This document shows, in pieces, positions 19,169 to 26,438 of a stretch of 64,000 bases of DNA. Location: contig DASZAY010000026.1 in the NCBI GenBank assembly GCA_035944555.1, positions 117,799 through 181,798 of the forward strand, in the 5' to 3' direction. Both the position numbers and the translations under genes were made by a program. Position 1 is the first letter of the stretch, and the number at the start of each line of letters is the position of its first letter. Below the pieces are notes generated by a model. That model was not told where the DNA came from. It saw nothing but the letters and a program-made list of their open reading frames with translations, and searched no databases. The stretch comes from Thermomicrobiales bacterium (GTDB taxonomy: Bacteria; Chloroflexota; Chloroflexia; Thermomicrobiales; UBA6265).

Positions 19169-21792
19169 TGGCTCGTCGCAGACGCATGCAGTTCCAGGAG
19201 ACGGGACGCGGTCGCCGGTCGATGCCGGAATCGTTCGAGCGCGTCTTCATCACCCGGCGGATGCTTATCGCGAAGACGGCGATCGTCGGCGGCTTCGCGG
19301 CGCTGGCCGGGCGGCTGGGCTACCTCCAGATCGTCGACCACGAGCAGGCCGTGTCTGCGGCCCGGGGGAACACCCAGTACCGGAAGACGCTGCCCGCAGC
19401 CCGCGGCCTGATCTACGACCGCAAGGGCCGGTTGCTGGCCAAGAACGAGACAGCATTCCAGGTCGAGGTGATCCCCGAACTGCTTCCCAGCCAGGACGAC
19501 CAGCCCGCGGAGCGCCGCCGGGTGCTCGACCAGCTGATCTCCGAACTCCAGTTGCCGGACGTGCTGGTCGTCAACCCGCGGGCGATCCCCGCCGACCAGA
19601 AGGACGCCGTCTACACGCTGATCCAGCAGAAGCGGAACCGGACCGGCCAGGCGCTGACGGAGGCCGTCGATGCCATCTACAAGGCCGAGGAGCTGAACTA
19701 CGTCATCCAGCTTGGCGGGCCGCTGTCCATCGACGAAGCCGCTCGCTGGCGATCCGAGAGCCGCCACATCCCGGGGCTGAGCGTGATGAACCAGCTGGAC
19801 TACCAGCTGGAGAACACGTTCTCCGACTCCAGCAACCCGATCATCGTCAAGACCGGCGTCGAGCGCGAGACGGCGATGCTGATCGAGGCCAACAAGTTGT
19901 TCCTCCCCGGCGTGCGGGTGGACGGCACGGTCCTCGTCCGGCGCTACCCCGGAGGCGCGTCGATGTCGCACATCCTCGGCTTCGTCGGTCCGGTCAGCGA
20001 AGAGGACATCAACGAGAACCTTACTGACGGCGGCGCGAAGATCTACGCCGACAACGACCGGATCGGCAAGGACGGCCTGGAGAAGGCGCTGGAGAAAACC
20101 CTGAGGGGCCAGAAGGGCGTCCAGATGGTCCTCCGCGACGCGCTCGGCAACGAGATCGGCATCGCGCCCGGCTCCGAGAACTTCAACCAGGAGGCGTCGT
20201 CCGGCGAGAGCGTCTCGCTGACGATCGACCTGGAGCTCCAGTCCGCCGCGACGCGGGCACTGAAGAGCTACATCGAGTACAGCAACGAGGACCGCAGGTC
20301 CAAGGACAACATGGAGGGCAAGCAGCGGGCGAACTCCGGGGCCGTGGTCGCGATCGACCCACGGAACGGAGACGTGTTGGCGATGGTCAGCTACCCGCAG
20401 TTCGACAACGAGTTGCTGTCGCAGGGCATCTCCTCCGCGCTGTTCGATGAGCTGACGGACCCCGCCAGTGGCGCTCCATACTTCAACCGGGCCATCGCGT
20501 CCGCACAGCCACCGGGATCGACCTTCAAGAGTTTCCTCGCCGCCGCCGCGCTCAAGGAAGGCACACTTACCCCGGAGACGACCTACGTCTGTACGGGTGG
20601 ACTTGGTCTGCCCAAGAGCAACAACAACCTAGTAGACCCTAATCCGCACCCATGCTGGAACTTCTGGGATGGGCATGGTGCGATGAATCTCGATGAAGCT
20701 CTGCGCACCTCCTGTGATGTCTTCTTCTACAATACCGGAACAAAAGATGTTGAGGGACTTTTCTACATGGATCTCGACTTCGATCCTGACGGGAACCTCA
20801 TCAACGTTGGCATCGAAGATCCTAAGGAATTCAACGGACTGGGAATTGACCTGTTCCACAAGAATATGGTCGACCAGTTCTGGTTCAGCCGGCGAACCGA
20901 AATCATTCTGGGTGGCGAACCGACAGGACTCATGCCCAGTCAGGAATATCTGAAAGATACGTTCGGCGGGGCTGGTTGGACAGCAGGTGACACGATCCTG
21001 TCCTCGATCGGCCAAGGCATGGTCCAGGTCACCCCGCTTCAGATGGCGGTCAACACGGCTGCCCTCGCCAACCACGGCACGATCTACCGACCGAACCTGA
21101 TCCACGAGACGATCCGCGGAGCGTCGGAATCCGTCGCGACTGACGGCACGCCGGAACCGCTGTCCGGCGAGGCCGAGCGGATTCCGTACGAGCGGCCGGA
21201 GCCACTGCGCAAGACGGATTTCAAGCCGGAGCATCTCGAGCCGGTGCGGAAAGCGATGTACAACGTCGTCAACTACTATGAGAATCCTAATTCCCAACTC
21301 AACGGCTCAGTGAGTTCGGTGCAACTCGCCGATATGACGCGATCGACCGAACTTGCCTGGCCGCGGACCAACCCACCCGGCACTGAGGAGAAGGACATCA
21401 TCCGGATCGCCGGCAAGACCGGGACAGCGGAGGTTGCCCCCTCGGAAGAGGGCTTGGAAGAGCTGGACGAGAATAACAAGTACCTGAACCAGCACGCCTG
21501 GTTCACGTGCTGGGCTCCGTACGAGGAGCCGGAGATCGTCGTCTCGGTCCTGCTCGAGTATGGCGGCGAAGGCGGAACCTACGCCGCTCCCTGCGCCGAC
21601 ACCGTCCTCCGGGCGTACTTCGAGACGACCGGCAAGCGATCACGCGGGCAGAAGATCACGGTCAATGGCGAGGACCGGTTGGTCTCGGTCCTTGATGAGA
21701 ACGGCGAGCCGGTTACCGACATCGCTAACGCCCCGAGCCTCGCCTTCTGGAAGCTGGGCGAGACGGCGAATGCGGCCGGCAACAGCGACTAG
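19168..21792 (+). CDS. mrdA: Penicillin-binding protein 2 (elongasome transpeptidase), unusually long (874 aa)
   Basis: PBP dimerisation domain (RGLIYDRKGRLLA). Transpeptidase motifs: SGAVVAIDPRNGDVLAMVSYP, STFK (about 20518), CW..GHG...SCDVFFY (about 20650-20725), KTGTAE (about 21415). Confidence 0.9.
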   Translation: MARRRRMQFQETGRGRRSMPESFERVFITRRMLIAKTAIVGGFAALAGRLGYLQIVDHEQAVSAARGNTQYRKTLPAARGLIYDRKGRLLAKNETAFQVEVIPELLPSQDDQPAERRRVLDQLISELQLPDVLVVNPRAIPADQKDAVYTLIQQKRNRTGQALTEAVDAIYKAEELNYVIQLGGPLSIDEAARWRSESRHIPGLSVMNQLDYQLENTFSDSSNPIIVKTGVERETAMLIEANKLFLPGVRVDGTVLVRRYPGGASMSHILGFVGPVSEEDINENLTDGGAKIYADNDRIGKDGLEKALEKTLRGQKGVQMVLRDALGNEIGIAPGSENFNQEASSGESVSLTIDLELQSAATRALKSYIEYSNEDRRSKDNMEGKQRANSGAVVAIDPRNGDVLAMVSYPQFDNELLSQGISSALFDELTDPASGAPYFNRAIASAQPPGSTFKSFLAAAALKEGTLTPETTYVCTGGLGLPKSNNNLVDPNPHPCWNFWDGHGAMNLDEALRTSCDVFFYNTGTKDVEGLFYMDLDFDPDGNLINVGIEDPKEFNGLGIDLFHKNMVDQFWFSRRTEIILGGEPTGLMPSQEYLKDTFGGAGWTAGDTILSSIGQGMVQVTPLQMAVNTAALANHGTIYRPNLIHETIRGASESVATDGTPEPLSGEAERIPYERPEPLRKTDFKPEHLEPVRKAMYNVVNYYENPNSQLNGSVSSVQLADMTRSTELAWPRTNPPGTEEKDIIRIAGKTGTAEVAPSEEGLEELDENNKYLNQHAWFTCWAPYEEPEIVVSVLLEYGGEGGTYAAPCADTVLRAYFETTGKRSRGQKITVNGEDRLVSVLDENGEPVTDIANAPSLAFWKLGETANAAGNSD

Positions 21793-21820
21793 CGTTTCGG
21801 GTAGTGATCTGATCGCGCGG

Positions 21821-21843
21821 CGCCCGCCCCTCCGGGGCGGGCG
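21821..21843 (+). terminator. Rho-independent terminator after mrdA
   Basis: CGCCCGCCCC-TCC-GGGGCGGGCG followed by TTTCC. Confidence 0.7.
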
Positions 21844-21870
21844 TTTCCGTGTCCCATCTCTAGGAGATCG

Positions 21871-22314
21871 ATGATGGCCAACGATTCCTTCCCCCACGAC
21901 GCCTCGCCGATCACCGGCCCGGGTATGACGCTGCACCATGTCGGCATCGTCGTGGGGGACCTGGCGGCGGCGGTTGTCCGGTACGAGGCGCTGGGGTTCG
22001 CCCCGGCCGGGCGAGAGGTCGTGACAGACCAGGGAGTCGAGGTGGCGGCATTCCACGCCCCGCCGGGCTACGTCGAGCTGATCAGCCCGCTCGACCCCAA
22101 TGGCGCCATCGCCCGGTTCCACGCGAAGCGCGGTGACGGCATGCACCACGCCGCCTACCGCGTCGATGACCTCGCCGCCGAGCTAAACCGCCTCGTCGCG
22201 GCCGGCGTCCGCCTCATCGACCGCACCCCACGGATTGGGCTGCACGGCTGGCGGGTCGCCTTCATTCACCCCGAGGCCTGCGCCGGCGTCCTGACCGAAC
22301 TCGTCGAGGTCTGA
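21871..22314 (+). CDS. Methylmalonyl-CoA epimerase / VOC (glyoxalase-fold) family
   Basis: LHHVGIVVGDLAAAV..YE.LGF...VELISP......IARF....G.GMHHAAYRVDDL, which matches the epimerase subfamily. RBS AGGAGA precedes the ATG. Confidence 0.75.
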   Translation: MMANDSFPHDASPITGPGMTLHHVGIVVGDLAAAVVRYEALGFAPAGREVVTDQGVEVAAFHAPPGYVELISPLDPNGAIARFHAKRGDGMHHAAYRVDDLAAELNRLVAAGVRLIDRTPRIGLHGWRVAFIHPEACAGVLTELVEV

Positions 22315-22377
22315 TCGGCCGGTTTCGGGCTAGGCCCCGGGATACCATCGCGACCCCGTGCCCGGCCCCCTTGATCG

Positions 22378-22809
22378 TCAGGATGGCAGGCGCCAGGTGA
22401 TGGTGACGCGGGCACCCTGCGCGTCGTGCTCGAACAGGCAGTCGCCCTGCAGCCCGGCCAGGTCTCCGGTGGCGCTGCCGGGGACGACGGCGCCGAACTG
22501 TCGCGGGCCCGGACCGTCGCCGACGATCCCGGCATGCTGCATGACGAACGTGCCCGTCCGTCCGGCCAGCGTTCCGGTGAAGGCCTCGGTCGCGACGTAG
22601 CCAGCACCCTCCCGTCCCTCCGCCGAGCAGGTCACCAGGTGCGCGAGGCTGGTCCCGGCCAGGTCCCCGGAGAACGCCTTGCCGACCATCACGCTCGCGA
22701 CATCAGCCGGGATGCCCGGATCGATGGCGGCGACCGGGTCCCACCGCGTGATCTCGAACGTCGCGTGCGCGGTGCCAGAGAGCTGCATGGTGTTCGTCGT
22801 GTCGGTCAT
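22378..22809 (-). CDS. DUF3224-like protein
   Basis: ATG 22809 follows GGAGAAACGG. The pattern GTAHATFEITRWD...FSGDLAGTS...GYVATEAFTGTLAGRTGTFVMQHAG recalls DUF3224. Confidence 0.55.
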   Translation of the reverse strand: MTDTTNTMQLSGTAHATFEITRWDPVAAIDPGIPADVASVMVGKAFSGDLAGTSLAHLVTCSAEGREGAGYVATEAFTGTLAGRTGTFVMQHAGIVGDGPGPRQFGAVVPGSATGDLAGLQGDCLFEHDAQGARVTITWRLPS

Positions 22810-22925
22810 CGTCTGTCCGTTTCTCCGTTGACGTTCGAGCCGGAAGTCCCGGCCCTCCAGCGCAGGAGCATACGGCCCCAACCTGACAACCGATGACAGG
22901 TACGTCCGGGATCACCGCACAACCG

Positions 22926-23447
22926 CTACTCCGGTGGCTCGGACGGAGCCGGGATGATCGCCGGGCCAGCTCCATTCAGCCAGCGGATATAGATCAGTTC
23001 CGGGTCGCCGTCGTCGAGGTTCTCGATGTACCCACTGGCGACGAAGCCGAGTCGACCGGCCAGCATCCGCATCGGGACGTTGGACTCATTGGTCGACGTG
23101 AATAGCCGGTCGCCCCTGGTTTCCGCGATGACCTGTTGCAACAGTGCCGACCCGACACCCTGCCGGCGGGCGTCCGCCGCGACGATGAGCAACGACAGGA
23201 ACGGCCGCTCAAACAGGGAATGGTCGGTAATGGCGAAGCCGCTCAGCGGAGCTCCAGCTACCCCTGCCTCCCGCGCGACCAGGCAACGCCCGTCCGCGAT
23301 CGCGGCCGCGATCCGGCCCGCCCGATCTGTGGCTCCTGCTACGACCGTCCTATCGATCTCGAGGATGCCTGCGGTGTCCTCGACCGTTGCTGTCGAGACC
23401 GCCCACCGGGCCACTGCCTGCTGATACCGTTCTGTCGCCGTCGCCAT
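22926..23447 (-). CDS. GNAT-family N-acetyltransferase
   Basis: Acetyl-CoA-binding motif IVAADARRQGVGSALLQ and the usual GNAT length. Confidence 0.8.
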   Translation of the reverse strand: MATATERYQQAVARWAVSTATVEDTAGILEIDRTVVAGATDRAGRIAAAIADGRCLVAREAGVAGAPLSGFAITDHSLFERPFLSLLIVAADARRQGVGSALLQQVIAETRGDRLFTSTNESNVPMRMLAGRLGFVASGYIENLDDGDPELIYIRWLNGAGPAIIPAPSEPPE

Positions 23448-23507
23448 CGTCCCCGCGCTCCCGGTCCCATCCCAATCAGGTCACGTCCGGATTGGCCGCT
23501 GAGACTA

Positions 23508-23536
23508 TTGAGGTTCCCAACTGTCAGCGGTACGAT
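23508..23536 (+). promoter_or_regulatory. Sigma-70-like promoter for the LuxR-family regulator
   Basis: TTGAGG (23508-23513), 17-bp spacer, TACGAT (23531-23536). Confidence 0.4.
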
Positions 23537-23613
23537 AGGCCAACGATCCACCTTCCGCATACCCGTATACCCGTAGTTCCTGTTCCGTAGGGACTTCGGT
23601 TGGATGGTGCCAG

Positions 23614-26109
23614 GTGGCAACCACCTACTCCAGATCGGGCGCGTCGGCTCCGGAACCCGTCCATGGTGACCCGTCACGTGGTGATGCCCACGATGGTGAA
23701 TCCTCGTGCGATCTGATCGGACGGGATGCCGAGCTCAGCACGCTGTCCGGCTGGTTGAAGGAGCCCGACGTCCGCCTCGTCACGATCACCGGACCCGGTG
23801 GCGTAGGCAAGACGACCCTGGCCAACGCGGTCGCCGACGCAATGCAGGACGCTGCCCGGGTCGTTCCCATCCCACTGGCCGGGATCCCTACCCCTTCCCT
23901 GCTCGCCCCGACGATCGGCCGGGCACTCGACGGCAGCGCTCCGACCAGCGAGGCACTGGTCGATCTCGTCAACCAGCAGATCACCTCGGGGCCGCTGTTG
24001 CTCGTGCTGGACAACCTCGAACATCTGCTTCCCGGCACCGAGGTGATCGAGGCCCTGGTAGCCGAATGTCCCGGCACTCGGCTGCTCATCACATCTCGCG
24101 AGCCGCTCCACCTTGCCGGTGAGCGTGAGTTCCCACTCATGCCCCTCGCGGCACCTCCCGATGACGGTACGCCCTCTGGCGTCCGCGTCATCGCCCGTTC
24201 TCCCGCGGTCCGCCTGTTCGTACGGCGGATGCGGGCCGTGCGGCCCGGCTTCACGCTGGACGATGACAGCGCCGACGATGTCGCCCGGCTCTGCCGGCGG
24301 CTTGACGGATTGCCCCTGGCGATTGAACTCGCCGCTGCCCGGACCCGGTCCATTCCCCTGCCGTTCCTCGTCGCCCGGCTGGAGCACGACCCGTCACTGC
24401 TGGATCGCCCGGACCGGTCATTCGCGGAAATGGACGCCCGGACCGATCGCCACCGGGGGCTCCGAGCCGTCGCCGCATGGTCCTATGATCTGCTCTCGCC
24501 TACCGAGCAGCGCATGTTCCGCCATCTCGCGCTCCTTCCCGGCCCGTTCCCCCTGTCCGCGGCCGAGGCCTGCGACCAGGACGCCGAAGGCGTTATCGCC
24601 TCACTGGTCGACAAGAGCCTGGTGGAGCAGATCCCCTCGCCGGTGGCCGGGGAGACCAAGTCATGGTTTCGCATGCTGGAAACGCTCCGGCAGTACGGGT
24701 TGGAGCGTCTCCGGAGCGCTGGCGAGGAGCCGTTCGCCCGGGTCCGGTTGGCGCGCTGGGCTCTGGACGAGGTCGAAGCCCACACCGTCCCGTTTCCATC
24801 CGACCGGTACCACCCGGCAAGCTTCGCCTGGTGCGCGGCGCTCCTGCCCGCTATCCGGTCGGCCCTGACCTGGCTGGAGGAATCCAACGACGCGCCCCGC
24901 CTGATCCGCTTCGCCATCCGCCTCGGGCCGTTCTGGACGCTCCAGTCGTTCCGGACCGAAGGGCTGACGTGGTGCAATCACATCCTGACTCAGGTGGACT
25001 TCGATGCGGTCTCACCGGATGACATGGCGCGCTTCTGGTTGACGATCGCCGCTATCGCCCGGACCCAGGCCCGTATCCAGCCGGCCATCGCCGCAGCCGA
25101 GCGTGCTCGCGACTACTACGATCAGACGGGCGACGTCCTGCTCGCCGCCGTGTCGGAGAAACTGCTGGGATCGATCTACCGGACCGCTGGCGATATCGAG
25201 GCCGCCCTGGGGCCGTGCCAGCGCGCCGTCGACCTGTTCTCCCGGCTCGGCGAGCGCCAATGGATGGCCCTGGCTCGCTGTGATCTCGGCGATGTCCTGC
25301 TCCTGCGGGGTGAGACGGCCGCCGCTGCCGCCCACCTCCGCGTCGCCGAGCGCGAACACCGGGTCAACGGCGATGCGTGGGGCACGACCTTCGCGCTTGT
25401 CGGCCTGGCGACGGTCGCCGTGACGGAACGCAACTGGGCCGCCGCGCTTCCCCCGCTCCGGGAAGCGCTCCAGATCGCGACGAACCTCTCGGCCCGTGAG
25501 AGTGTGTTGGACGCTACCAACCTGATCGCCGCGATCGCCGCCGCAACCGGACACCCTCATGCCGCCCTACGCCTTGCGGCTGCCAACCGAGCGCTGAGAA
25601 CCAGCATCGCCTACTGCCTGGAAGCATCCGACGATGCGCTCGCCTACGAGACGCTCGCCCGGACTACCGCTGCCCTCGAACGCCACGCCGCTGATCAGTG
25701 CCAGCAGGAGGGGTCCGGCATGTCGTTCCCGACCATGACCCGTGCCGCCTTCGACCTCCTGGATACCCTCTCCGCGGGTGGCCCACTGGCCGACACCGAT
25801 CCCGGGACGTTGTCCGCCCATTCCCACTCCGGAACGACGAACGGGAAACCGCGAGATGGCCGGGAGCCACTCACCAGCAGGGAACGTGAGGTCCTCGCAC
25901 TCCTCGCCGAGGGTATCACCGACCGCGAGATCGGCGACCGGCTGTTCATCAGCCCGCGAACGGCCATGCGCCACGTCGCCAATATCCTGCTCAAGCTCCA
26001 GGTCCACAGCCGGACAGCGGCTGCCGTGATCTATCATCGCGAGCGTGCTGGCGAAGGACCTGGCAGCGCGACCGCGGCCAGAACCCGGAGTCGCCCTCCA
26101 GCCCTCTGA
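23614..26109 (+). CDS. Large ATP-binding LuxR-family regulator (LAL/STAND type: P-loop NTPase + TPR-like repeats + C-terminal LuxR HTH)
   Basis: Walker A ITGPGGVGKTTLA and an NB-ARC-like core (LLVLDNLEHL). A long helical repeat region follows. The C-terminus is LTSREREVLALLAEGITDREIGDRLFISPRTAMRHVANILLKL. GTG start. Confidence 0.85.
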   Translation: MATTYSRSGASAPEPVHGDPSRGDAHDGESSCDLIGRDAELSTLSGWLKEPDVRLVTITGPGGVGKTTLANAVADAMQDAARVVPIPLAGIPTPSLLAPTIGRALDGSAPTSEALVDLVNQQITSGPLLLVLDNLEHLLPGTEVIEALVAECPGTRLLITSREPLHLAGEREFPLMPLAAPPDDGTPSGVRVIARSPAVRLFVRRMRAVRPGFTLDDDSADDVARLCRRLDGLPLAIELAAARTRSIPLPFLVARLEHDPSLLDRPDRSFAEMDARTDRHRGLRAVAAWSYDLLSPTEQRMFRHLALLPGPFPLSAAEACDQDAEGVIASLVDKSLVEQIPSPVAGETKSWFRMLETLRQYGLERLRSAGEEPFARVRLARWALDEVEAHTVPFPSDRYHPASFAWCAALLPAIRSALTWLEESNDAPRLIRFAIRLGPFWTLQSFRTEGLTWCNHILTQVDFDAVSPDDMARFWLTIAAIARTQARIQPAIAAAERARDYYDQTGDVLLAAVSEKLLGSIYRTAGDIEAALGPCQRAVDLFSRLGERQWMALARCDLGDVLLLRGETAAAAAHLRVAEREHRVNGDAWGTTFALVGLATVAVTERNWAAALPPLREALQIATNLSARESVLDATNLIAAIAAATGHPHAALRLAAANRALRTSIAYCLEASDDALAYETLARTTAALERHAADQCQQEGSGMSFPTMTRAAFDLLDTLSAGGPLADTDPGTLSAHSHSGTTNGKPRDGREPLTSREREVLALLAEGITDREIGDRLFISPRTAMRHVANILLKLQVHSRTAAAVIYHRERAGEGPGSATAARTRSRPPAL

Positions 26110-26180
26110 GCCGCGCCCCCGGGGTGGTCCGACTCCTTCCCCGCTTTCGTACCCTTCGCATCACGCGATCTGGTCACTTC

Positions 26181-26225
26181 ACTCATTCAGGGTCGAATGA
26201 GTAGATCTACCCATTCGCGCATAAT
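26181..26225 (+). promoter_or_regulatory. Perfect inverted repeat overlapping the -35 position of a candidate promoter for the giant repeat/sortase gene
   Basis: ACTCATTC (26181-26188), N6, GAATGAGT (26195-26202). CATAAT at 26220-26225 lies 17 bp downstream of the right arm. Confidence 0.35.
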
Positions 26226-26438
26226 CCGCCCTCCCCATACTCGGTCCTTAGAGGCGTCCTGCGAGCGCGACCACTCCATGCCCATCGATTCCGCTCGGGG
26301 AATCGTCCGGGGCATGGACCGACTCCGCGTTCTCTGGACCCTGCCGGTATCGGTGACCGGCGCAAATGGACGACGACGTCGCCCCGGCTGATCGCGGGTC
26401 GCGTCGCCCGGGTTACTGGTTAATTGGAGGTCGCGCGC

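Noticed and set aside
23614-26109. STAND NTPase as a possible anti-phage Avs-like defence protein.
   Set aside because: Its C-terminal effector is a canonical LuxR-type HTH, and the overall layout is that of LAL transcription regulators. There is no nuclease, protease or TIR-like effector.
26197-26391. 64-aa ORF in the leader of the giant gene.
   Set aside because: It has no RBS, a basic junk-like sequence, and lies in the predicted 5' UTR.
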